Assembly (NCBI GenBank): GCA_951406725.2
Contig: OX597824.1
Span: 38,068,001 to 38,132,000 of the forward strand
Length of the DNA: 64,000 bases
Direction of reading: 5' to 3'
From: Octopus vulgaris
Lineage: Eukaryota
Positions 52,741 through 64,000 of the stretch are shown here, piece after piece; the stretch's first letter is position 1; each line of letters opens with the position of its first letter. The position numbers and the translations under genes were made by a program. Under the pieces are notes generated by a model. It saw nothing but the letters and a program-made list of their open reading frames with translations, searched no databases and was not told the origin of the DNA.

Positions 52741-55634
52741 TCATCAATCAATTTTTAATTTATGACTTAAAAATACGAATTTTTTTTTTTGTTTTACCTT
52801 AGTCTTTATTTTTCTTAACAATGCTCTGAAAATACTTTTAAAGAGATTTAACCATAAATTCTTTCTGTTATGGCCTTAGCTATAACTTCTCTCTCATCAA
52901 CTATATCACTTTACATTACTTTCATTTCATTGAAATGAGATTCCTTTAAAAAGTATAAAAAATAGAATAAAAATGTGACTGAGTTTAAATGAAGTTTAAG
53001 ATTCATTATAACTTCACAGCTGCAAATATCCTTGACAGGCAGAAACTGGAGTAATCTAGGACATAGAATTAATACTTCTCTTAATGTTAATTTCCATTGA
53101 TGGACATAACAGGTCTTTAGGTGCATAAAACACAGTTGCTACTAATAAGTGCACTACATTCCGCATAAATAATGCCAAACTGAAGTTCTCAAAGTTATTA
53201 CAGATATCATTGTGATCTCATCTGTAGAACACTATTAAAACTGTTCCAAAGACTAAATAAACTTTCTATTTAAAAACAGATTGTGTTTTTAGTCATCAAC
53301 TAAATGTAACTGAAGAATATTATATTCTAATTAAAACCTAAATTGAAGTATTAGAACAATGATGCTGCTATACATGCATATCCTAGATAACATCCACAAG
53401 TAGCCGTCTGGTTAATTGGAAGGGACTGGTACATTTTTATCACAAGCTCATAGAAGCTGAACATAATTGTTTCACTCACAATGCAGGATAGTCTACAAAG
53501 GACATTGGAGCATTGTCACTCCAATTCCAGCTAATTAGTAAGAAAAATGTTTCTCACAGACATTCCAATTATAACTAATGCTTTATTATGCAATTATTAT
53601 TAGCTAGTCTTCCAAATTTTATTCCATTTTTCATTCATTTTCTATAATTTATGTTGTTTGTATTAAAAGAACTAAATTATCTAATATGTCAATTATCAAT
53701 GCTGTATTCTGAAATTACAGTTTGTCAGAAAAAAGAAAAACAAAAAACTATTTGAATTCCTCCATAATGATATTTTTTCCTGCTTGTAATTTGTGTTTTG
53801 ATAACAGAATTAACAGCTGTAGTTAGTTTGAATTTGCATAGATTATTACCAATCTCAGTCTGCTTTAGAATGTACATTTCACTGTAATCTTGCAGAATCA
53901 ATGATTCATTTACTGCTGCTCTTTTTCGCTCTCTTAAGAGTATTTTTTTCATTACATTATCTACTTGTCTTTTGATTTGGTGTGCATCATCAATTAAAGA
54001 GGTTGGTTCTTCAAAGGCAACACATTTGGACAACGCTTATAGTAACTGTCTTTTGGTCACACGGTTAATAAACGTAAACAATGAGCAGTAAAGACTGACT
54101 GCAGGAGCAGCTTACAAAAATCAATGTATGTACCATCTGTAGCCTCCTGGAAAAAAAAAAGAGAGAGAGAGAGAGATTTACAAGATTAGGAAGTAAAGAG
54201 GAAAAAGGTGAAATTACATCAATCACTATCATTGATTATATGTTAGTTCTATCTTTGCTCTGTGAAGAATGAATATTGATTGATTGATTGTCATTCCTTC
54301 TGTAAATATCACCTGTTGACCAGTCAGCTTATCAATACTGATGTCCTGAGTTACATTTTTTTTAAGCACAAAGCTAGGAGCTTATTGGAAGTTAATGAAC
54401 TTGTATAGCTTTACTGCCTAAACGACATTAGAACTATTAGAAGGGGCAATTCACTTTAACCAGGGGTTAAAATTCACTTTGGTCTTATTTATATTTAATA
54501 TTGCAATTTGTGAACAGTGACATCAAAAAGATTACTTTTCCTCTGAATCAGTCAATGTTACCACTACTGCAAAAATGACATGGGAGTGTCACTAGTTCTT
54601 CTGTTTTGTTCTGATGTTTATAGCTCTTATTGAGTATATATATATTTATATATATATGCATACATCCTCCCATACATTTGAGCATATAATGGGCTTCTGT
54701 GTCCTTTCCATTTACTAAATTCCACTTATAAGGTCAGCTTGAGGGCTATGGTTGAAGACATTTAGTTAGTGCTACATCATGGAATTGAGTCAGGAATCAT
54801 GTGGTTACAAAGCAAATTTCTTTGCACCCACTAGAGGCTTGCCCTACAAATGACAATAGAACTGGTTTACACATTTAAAAACCTTGTTACCTCTTGCTTT
54901 ACCTTGCCCCTTTCCTTATGACATAAACTTTCAGTACTGTGCAATCTTGGCAGAAGTCAAACACTTAACTCTAGATTTTTGCTTTGCCTTTTGTTTTTCA
55001 GTTCTTTTTTTTATTTCTAATTTTATCATTTTACTTTTCACTCTAAATGGTAGCCATACATTTAACCTATTTTATTGTAATTAATATATAGTTTTATTTC
55101 AGCAAATGTTCCTGTTTTCATAGTCAGTGCATGACTTATGTTTATGATTTTCTTCTCAGGACTGTTTGTGATTTTGCATTGTGTCACATAGATACTTATA
55201 TTTTTTACTTGTATATCCCACTGCTTTACACAAACAATAAAGCATAAATACAAGAATAAAATTTGCTTAGTGGGATGCAAACCTAGTTTTTCAAGAGGAT
55301 ATTCAAAGCATTTTCATTGCCACCCACCCTCAATTTTAGGTGATGTACTTGCACCCCCTGTTCCTGAGCCTATGCAATAAGGCTTATATTTCTGTGTGGT
55401 TTTGGTATGTTTTACTTAATATTTCTGCTTTTGTACAATACCAGGTTTCTGTTTTGTAAAATTATTCTGTAAAATTGGAAAAAAATGAAAATTAGGCAGG
55501 AGATATTCACCTTTTTTCATTCATGCTTCTATACATAAAGTCTTCATTATAGGACTGTATCCTAATCCTGTGTCCAAATTGTGGCTGCTGCCTTGGTTAT
55601 TAATATATTTTTGATGTTTATTTTTCCTCTATAG

Positions 55635-55679
55635 ACGTAGTACATCTCAAGGTAGTTTGGCTGGCAGACATCTCAAAGG
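55635..55679 (+). CDS. Candidate 45-nt phase-2/2 exon (RSTSQGSLAGRHLK-G)
   Basis: Strong acceptor TTTATTTTTCCTCTATAG, open frame, donor AGG|GTAACA. An internal donor AAG|GTAGTT is also possible. Confidence 0.65.
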
Positions 55680-56089
55680 GTAACAACCATTTCAGATAAC
55701 TTCTTCAGCTTTCATCTTGGCATATATTTCTTGTTGGAGTTTTATATCTATTGGTTCTCAACTTTCATTTGTTTCTATTACATTATTATAATTTTATAAC
55801 ATTTCACCCACATTTTTTAATATTTGGATTTTTTTTTATATTTTGGTTTAATTTTATAACCCTTATTTTCTTTCACAACCTGGAAATTCTGGGTATGTTT
55901 AATTTAGAAGCTTTAAAAATAATTTTTTAATTGAAAATTAAAATATATTAAATTACTGGAATAAACTACTAACATTTCTTATTGTCAGTCCCATTATAGT
56001 GTGTTTGTGTACGTATATGATATATAAATACACACACATACACTCATGCAAAATATATATCCATAAGCAACATGAAATGAAGTATTATC

Positions 56090-57018
56090 TACTAAAGTAT
56101 CACCATGATATAATGCATTATTTTGCAAATAGAAATATTAAAACTAAAGTGAGTAGCTACATCAAAGTGACAGATGTATAATGTTGCTACCATTTTAACC
56201 CCAGGCAGATTCTTTGCCAGCTGGTTTCTGGTGCAAGCTCAGCACTCTTTATATACAATATATCGCTAGCAGGAGGAGTGAACCCCTACTACCATCCAGC
56301 AGCTGTGAGAGGATCCTGGGTACTAGCCAGTTTCGAGCTATTTGGCTCACATCAGCTGTGCACATCTGCGCAGTGGAGTGATAGCTAAGATCCATTTCTG
56401 TCAGCGATATATTGTAAACAAAGTGACCATCAGTCACTGATTTGCAACAAGCAAAATAGCTACTTATAAAATCTCATGAAGTGATAGAGTAGTACTTTGG
56501 TGTGGCTACTCACTTTACTGTTTAGTATACATTACTACTCTCTTCTTGAGATTTTATGACTGTCAGCTGCTGGAGGATAGTTGGGGTTCACTCCCCCAGC
56601 AAGTAATATATTGTTTATAAAGGATGCACAGCTTTCACTGAAGATCAGCTGGTGGAGAATCTGCCTGGGGTTAAACTAGTAGCAACATTCATCTGCCAGT
56701 TTGATGTGGCTACTCGCTTTACTAAAGTATCACTATGATATAATGCATTATTTTGCAAATAGAAATATTTAACCCTTTCGTTACTGTATTTATTTTGAGA
56801 TGCTCTGTTTCTTTCAATTACTTTAAATATAACAAAGAATTTAATAAAATAACTTAGTTATCAAGAAGCTAGTGTTAGGAACATAAATTGTTGACTAAGG
56901 TTTTGTGGAAGATTTTAATTCAAAACTTATGAAAACAAGAAATTTGTACTCAAAGCCAGAGCCAGTTTGAGCCAGGTTGGTATCAAAAGGGTTAAACTGT
57001 AGAGCGAGTAGCCACATC
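56090..57018. repeat. Nested direct and inverted repeat structure (foldback-like element)
   Basis: Inverted arms ~56146-56305 / 56563-56721, a 50-bp direct repeat at 56090-56139 / 56720-56769, and the motif GTGGCTACTCRCTTT four times in both orientations. Confidence 0.75.
56773..56991. mobile_element. piggyBac-type MITE, second copy
   Basis: TTAA|CCCTTTC...AAAAGGG|TTAA, near-identical to 9652-9872. Confidence 0.85.
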
Positions 57019-57506
57019 TTATAACTAAATATTTAAACTGTTTCATCTACTTCCATAAAGAATCAGATGTTTGCATTTTGTCAAAACTGAAATTAATTGA
57101 AACATTTGAGAGAATTGTTTTTTGTTTCATAATTAAAATGATATAAAACCAAATGGATCTCTATCAGTTCAATAATTAGGTCTCAGTTGTGTGAGCTACT
57201 GAGCTGCCTGCTCACTGAACTAGCATATAAGTGGTTGAATATACCACAGACACATGTAAGATAATTTGCATGATACAAAATCACCATAACATAGTATGTA
57301 TGTTCTACAGTTTCTATACCATTGACCCAAGACTATGCTAAAAGATGAACCTTGGGATCAATAAGTAAACTACTTAACGATTTTGTGCACGCGTGCACAC
57401 ACACGTTCTCATGTGTATGTGTGTGTGTATATACATATATTATACATATGTATATAGATGAGTGTATATACATACATAAATACACAGACACAGATATTTA
57501 TATATA

Positions 57507-58695
57507 CTGGGTCATCCCATAAATAATGCAGTTTTTTTTATACTTCTATTTTTCAAAATTAAGATAAACTTTTTTAATCAAAAATATACTCTCTTTCGTT
57601 TTCTTCAATGCACTTCCATCTATCTGGTAGACTTGCAAAGCACCTCTTCCAAAATTCACTTGTCTGTGATGAAAAATACTCCTCCAGTCCTGTTCTGACC
57701 TCATCTACAGAATTCATATTTTTTCCATCCAAATGATTTTGAAGACTGGAATAAATGATAATCAGATGGGGCAATGTCCGGTGAATATGGTGGATGGGGC
57801 ATCGTTTCCCATTCAAACTGCTCCAGCCTTTGGAATGTCATCCTCACTGTATGTTGCTGAGCATTATCATTTTTCTTCTAGCACTGATTTAAGCCATTCA
57901 AGCTGCTTGCAGTAGATCTCCTTTGTTATCATTTGGTTTGGGTTTTAAAGTTCAAAGTGGACTAAACCTTTCATATCCCACCAAGCAGATAACACCTGAC
58001 ATGGATGAAGACCTTCTTTAGCCTAGGGTGCTGGTGTTTCTCAATTCCTTACCCACTGTCTTCAGTGCTTGACATTTTTATAGAGAATCTATTTCTCGTC
58101 ACCAATCACTATTCACTCCAAAAAAAAAAAAGGTTCATTCGTGAGATGTGACTGCAAAGAAGAGCACACATTAACTCTCTGTGCACAATTAGACTCAAAG
58201 TTTTTGAGGAACCCATTGACCCAATTTCCTGACTTTTCTGATGGCATGCAGGTGTCAATGAATAGTTGAATGACCAAATCCAAGCTTCTCTGCTAGTTCC
58301 TCATTGAACTCTGCAGATCTTCCAGGACGAGTCTTGTCTTCTAGGCTCTAGTTTCTGGCTTGGAATTTCTGGAACCACCATTGACACTGGCTTAGGCTTA
58401 TTGTTCGATCCCCATATACTGTAGCATTAATATTCCTTTCACTTTCCATTGCATTGTTTCTTTTACTGAACTCATAAAGCAAAATATGCCAAATATGTTC
58501 CTTTGTCACTTCCATTATAGTTTTGAAAAAATGTTAAAATGGAACTGCATTCTTCAAAACTTGCACTATGGATAAGTACAAGCTAAAATTACTACCTGCT
58601 TGTATAGCAAGTTGATGCATCTAGTTTATCCCATCCCCCTCTGACTTTTAATTCAAGCAATTGAAAAAAACTGCATTATTTATCGGATGACCTAA
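57507..58695 (-). mobile_element. Near full-length mariner with pseudogenised transposase
   Basis: ~30-bp TIRs CTGGGTCATCCCATAAATAATGCAGTTTTTT with TA flanks. The transposase runs from ATG 58515 (MEVTKEHIWHILLYEF) through GQWVPQKL to LPDRWKCIEENEREYIFD* at 57574, with stops and frameshifts. Confidence 0.9.
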
Positions 58696-58776
58696 TATAA
58701 TGCATGCAATTCCCAAGATTGAAAATCATTGGCGTCTGAAAAATGATTTTCTATCATGGGAATTGCATGTATTATA
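58696..58776. repeat. 81-nt near-perfect hairpin
   Basis: 35-bp stem (32 Watson-Crick pairs plus one G-U) with an 11-nt loop GGCGTCTGAAA. Confidence 0.85.
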
Positions 58777-58994
58777 TATATATATATATATAAATGTGTG
58801 TGTATGTGTGCATGTGTATACTCTTTTAGTCATTTCCCAACTTTCATGACCAAGATAGTATCTCTAGTGTCAGTTAGTCACACTTGGGAATCTGGCTGAA
58901 AAGTCTAGTAATTGCTTCTGATAGGACCAGAGGAGGTACCTAAGAACCCCACACCCCTCCCAGGAATTGTGAGCAGAGATGGATGAGTGTGTGT

Positions 58995-59310
58995 GTAGGT
59001 GTGGTTGTGTGGTAGGAAATTTGCTTCCCAATAACATGTTCAGTCCCATTGCATGGCACCTTGGGCAAGTATCTTCTATAGACCCACACCAACAAATCCT
59101 TGTTAGTAAATTTGGTAGATGGAAACTGAAAGAAGCCCATATGTGTGTGTTGTATTTGTCTCCCACCACTGCTTGACAGCCAGTGTTGGTTTGTTTACAT
59201 CCCAGGAACTTAGTGGTTCAGCAAAAAGTATTGTCAGAATAAGTACTGATTTAAAAAAAAGTTTTGAAGTGGATTTGTTCAACTAAATCCTGCAAGGCAG
59301 TGCCCCAGTG
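58995..59310 (+). mobile_element. SINE-like repeat, 8845 family
   Basis: Shared blocks with 8845-9270. Confidence 0.7.
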
Positions 59311-59483
59311 TAATGGATGAGGAATGCTTGGTCTGCTTATCAAGGGCTGGACTCAGCAGAGCCAAAAGTGTAAAGTATAAATTGGTCTGAGTGCACAATG
59401 TTCTTAATGGTCTGTGATGGTCTTCCTCAGTCGTGAGTAGTCAGCCACTATATGTATGTATTGATGGATGTGTATATAATATA

Positions 59484-59519
<36 letters not shown>

Positions 59520-59892
59520 GGTGTGTGTGTATGGCACATCAGTTCCTGTTGAAGTCCAGCTCATGCCAACATGGAAAACAGATGTTAAAAAATGACACAC
59601 ACACATTCACATTTTTTTTATTATTTAATAACAGTTTGATTTGGTTCTATGCAGCTTTGTTTTGTGGGCTCATTGAACAAACATAGCATTTAAAAAAACT
59701 GTTGTTAAATGAATGATATATGCAACTTTTTCCAAATGTGTTGAGTGCCACTTTCTTTCATTTGTCTACTTGCTAATGTATGTATGTTTGTATGTATAAA
59801 TGTATAGTTGTAACAATAGAATTGCATTTAACTAGAGGATATGTTTCAGAATATAATTTTCATTTCATTAAGAATTTATGAAATATTTTGTG

Positions 59893-60085
59893 AAAGGTTC
59901 ATTCGTGAAATGTGACAGCAAAGAAGAGCACACATTCATTCTCTGTGCACAATTAGACTCAAAGTTTCTGAGGAACCCATTGACCCAATTTGCTGACTTT
60001 TCTGATGGCACGCAGGTGTCAATGAATGCTTGAATGACCAAATCCAAGCTTCTCTGCTAGTTCCACTTTGAGCTCTGCAGATCTT
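59893..60085 (-). mobile_element. TIR-less internal fragment of the 57507-58695 mariner
   Basis: Highly similar to 58129-58323 in the same orientation. Confidence 0.85.
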
Positions 60086-63003
60086 CTTCGACTGACAGAC
60101 ACTAAATTTATTTCTCTGAAACTGTTAAAACTGCTAAGTTAATTATGCATTGAACTACCACCATGTATTGTGATTTCAAATCTGCTGCTAGTGTTTCTTC
60201 ATTTTAGAGACATAAGTTTATTTATCTGAAATTAATACAAGATCTGGGAATATTCCTTTGCTTCATGCCTATCAGAAAGAAAAAAAAACTTCAGTGTAGA
60301 TTTTTTTAGACAATTATAGAGATTTTTCATATTCAACTAGAAGTATCATACTTACATAGTACACAAAACAAACAAAAAAAACAAAACAAAAAAAAACAAT
60401 TACATCTGATAATTTTAAATTCTCATTTTTTTTATAGCCATCAGAAGAATTAAGTTTCACTAATTATGACAAAAATATCATTTATGTAAAACATAGATTA
60501 AATTTATTCTATTGTTTATTGTTGTGTGAATAATTTAACAATCTTTGGTGGTGGTCACTTTCCTTTTGTGGGTATTCTTGGTTTTCAGAACTATTTGTCT
60601 CACGAGACAAATTATTGGTGTACAATAATCAGTTGTTTCTGATTCATTAAGGTAATAATGATGATGATAAAGAAATTGAAAGAGTTTTTCAATTTTTTTA
60701 CGTGGTTTGTGATTGACAAGAAAAATATCAAACTGGGTGATGGGGTTAAATTCTCCATCTTGAATCTTTATTCCTTTAGACATATTCAATTGTGAATGCA
60801 GTTGGGTTATAACATATTTCTAATTAACTTAATCTTTGGGAAAATCCCTTCAAAGCTAGCTAGCTAATTAAAGGATCTCCCTGAATTGTTAAGAAAATAT
60901 CTGTACTTGACAAGAAGATAAATATTGATACCTAAAGTTTAAAACAGATTGTTATTTTAACTGATTTTCTATCTCTATAAAATGACATTTGATAAGGGGT
61001 TGAAGAAGATAATGAATTTCATACATATTGAATAATAAATTATATGAAAGTTATTTAAAGCAAAATTGAAGATCAAAAGAATTTATTTGGGCAAAAAATT
61101 ACTAGAGTATTTTAATGAAATGTCAAAATATTGTATTGTTTCAAGTACTTTTACATCACTTAAAGATTTGATGACCTGAACAGTTGGAACAAATCAGTTT
61201 GTTCTTTCATGTCAAAAGAACAAAATTCCACAAGATTATATTCAGAAATATTTCAGAGATATGTTTTTGTGGGCTCAAATATAAAGACAATTTCCCTCAG
61301 ATACTCAAACTGCCCTCCTTCCCAAATAAAACCCTCAGATAAATATTCAAAGATGTTTCCATTTAATGTTGTTTTTTCATTGTTGTCATTTCTAAATGCT
61401 ACATCAACAAATAAATTTACCAGACATTTTATTGTTATATATTACTGAGTATTTAGCATAGCTGTTCAAATGTAAATTCATTACAAATTTGTGTATTTAC
61501 CATTGTTATTGGAATTTTGACTTCATATTTAATGATTGAGAAGTTAAAACAAATTAATGAACAATTAACTGATGGGAAGATTATGTTGCAAATTGTTTCA
61601 AATTTGTTTTTCTCATTCTAATTATCAGCTTTAATAGACTGTTTATAATTTTTTTATCAAAAAATCTAATTTCTTCTGGAGATATTTTCCTTATTAGCCA
61701 ATTGTTAACTTAATTATTTAATGAATCCCTACTCAAATTTTTAATGAATAAATGCTCTAAATAAAATAAATCACTTTCTCATGAAGTGAATAATACATAT
61801 TCTAGAATATATTTCAATCATACCATGTATTTTAAATCCAAATGACATTGATCCAGATAACTCCAAAATTTGTTTTGAAATCTTGTGTGATGAATTATCA
61901 TTCATCCTTAATGTCTTTAATTAAGAATCATAATCAATGTAACCCATGGATAAATAGCTAGAAGCCATTAATAACACTGTAACATGATTTATGTCCTTGG
62001 GTAGCTTACCCCTAGAAAGTATGAAAAATGGCTAATATTTCCTTCAAACTTTGCTTTTCTTACATGTATTCAAACCCCAAAGAATCCTTCTTAACTCATG
62101 GCTATGATGCTCCCCCACTACTCCTGCTCATAATCAGAGATGGACATATTGTCAACCACTAAGAAACATGCTCAAGTGGTTGAGGTTAAGCAACAAACAA
62201 GCAAGTCTATGGTATTGAGCAGCTTATTTGTTATAACAATATTTCTGCTTCAGCAACTCAGCACTGAATCTGTCTGAAATGTAATGGAAAATATGTCAGT
62301 TTGAAAACATTGATGCCCAGGTCACAAAAGCAAAGTTTGAAGTAAATAATAGCCATTTCCTTTGATTTCTAGATAGAGACAAATAGGAAATAACTTATTG
62401 AGCAAAGACAAATTTTAAAGTTTGTTACACATTGATTCATTTACTTTGTAATCTAGTAAATGAAGTGTTCATTATTGTTAAGTTCATCTAATTCCAGTTT
62501 CTCACATTATTTAATACCTTTTATTACTTTTTGGTGAAATTCTTTCCTCTAGCTGTTTCTTTGTATACTGTTTTATTTAGTTAAGCCACTAAAGCTCTTT
62601 TTCTTACAGGTTTTAAAATTTTAAGTTTATCATTCCTTTGAGTCTTTGATGACAATTTATCTAAAGAGATTTTATGTATTTCAGCAAAATAACACATTTT
62701 TCTAAATTTACTAATCCTTGATTAATCACTCATTATCTAACCATGCTGTTATGTTTTGCAATTATTCATTATTAAATTAATAGTTTGTAACTTAACTAAT
62801 TTTTAAAATTCATTGGTTTCATATCAGTTTAGAAATCTGATACTTTTTATGAATATACTATCATTAGTAACTAAATTTAATTGTATGCATTTATAAAATG
62901 CTTAAATATCAGGTTTTTTCATGACAGTCTGCATTATTGATCAATTTTTTTGTTTGCTTTTATTCCTCTGTGAGTTAATTATTACTTTTGTTCTTTTCTC
63001 CAG

Positions 63004-63029
63004 TTCAAAAGAACCATTTTGGAACCTAG
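63004..63029 (+). CDS. Candidate 26-nt microexon (SKEPFWNL in phase 2 to 1, or FKRTILEP-R in phase 0 to 2)
   Basis: Very strong acceptor TACTTTTGTTCTTTTCTCCAG, donor TAG|GTAGGG, TGCATG at 63055-63060. Confidence 0.5.
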
Positions 63030-64000
63030 GTAGGGTACCTTTTTATATTTAAATTGCATGTAATGTTGGATGATATTTATTGCTAGTCATTATTTTTTTT
63101 TTTTTTTTAATACAAAAAAGAAATTGAATTACAAATTGGCTATGGTCATTCTGAAATCAATCTAGTTCGATTTTATCTGTAATTTTAAGTGTTGAAAGGA
63201 TCAAAAGAACTGATTTTTTTTATTATCAATAATATTTGCTGCAAATCTTGGTCAATCTTGTCATAAAAAATAAGGCTACTTTTATAAATAGAAGCCTTAG
63301 AAAAGACATTGGCTTAAGTATCGATGATGGGAAGGAAAATGAAATTAATGAAACTATATTAATATTGTAACAGTAAAACTTCAAATATTTCTCATATTCT
63401 GTCAAACACTAAACTTCAACTCAAGAAGATACTAAGCCTCTGATATTCACCCTTTTGATGCTAATCTATATTGATTATTATATTTGTTAATAAGCAACAA
63501 TCTTGTCATACAAGTTTTCCAAAGTTAATCTTGTCCAAACTGCTGCAAATAGAAATATAAATTTTAAACAGCCTTTGTACATTCATATTTTGATTAATGA
63601 AGCAAGAAAAAATAAATCATTTTTGCAAGGTGTCTTTCTAGTTTCTATACAGAAATGTATTTTCTGTAATATTTTTACTTCTGAAAGGGCACAGTACTTT
63701 TTAAAAGAACCAAGTAGTAATGAGTTCAAATTTTTAAGACTTTAAGGCTCACTGATAGTAGTGTGTCTAAAGTTAGGCTGTAATTTCAGTTTAAATATTC
63801 AGTACTGTAATTTAAAATGATAAAGAATATGTTCTCTTTATAATGTCATAAACAATGTCATTTTTATCTCAACCTCTGCTAATATCTCCACCAATACTGA
63901 AAATGCCTTACTACAGTGAAAATCAAGTGTACACATGCATTATTATGATTAGTAGCCCCTATTAGAAGGGCAAGGTTGTGAGGTGATACCTTGTGCTTAA

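Noticed and set aside
55635-55679. RSTSQGS resembles a motif in vertebrate abLIM proteins
   Set aside because: A 7-residue low-complexity match with no LIM or villin-headpiece exon in the window is not enough to name the gene.
60535-60789. 84-aa non-repetitive - strand ORF
   Set aside because: No recognisable motif or splice support, and its length is within the chance range for this window.

Overview
This is AT-rich, repeat-dense eukaryotic DNA with (TA)n/(TG)n microsatellites, tRNA-derived SINEs, RTE and CR1/L2 LINE relics, decayed mariner elements and several MITE families. By my recognition of the repeat landscape (no database search) it is probably a coleoid cephalopod such as Octopus. 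None of the supplied ORFs is a real full-length gene. The window looks like intron-dominated sequence of one large + strand gene that I could not identify. It carries a series of small, open, symmetric phase-2 exons (1752-1796, 2974-3012, 28155-28316, 40301-40441, 50191-50235, 55635-55679), candidate microexons, and a possible internal TATA promoter near 50.0 kb. The most unusual signal is a set of unrelated non-coding palindromic insertions sharing one architecture: two copies joined head-to-head, 3' ends outward, and in most cases minimal hammerhead-ribozyme motifs. One of them (26660-27021) also carries a tRNA-derived Pol III promoter upstream of the ribozyme, like a SINE mobilised by Penelope-like elements. 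All exon and ribozyme calls are by eye and need RNA-seq or in vitro confirmation.
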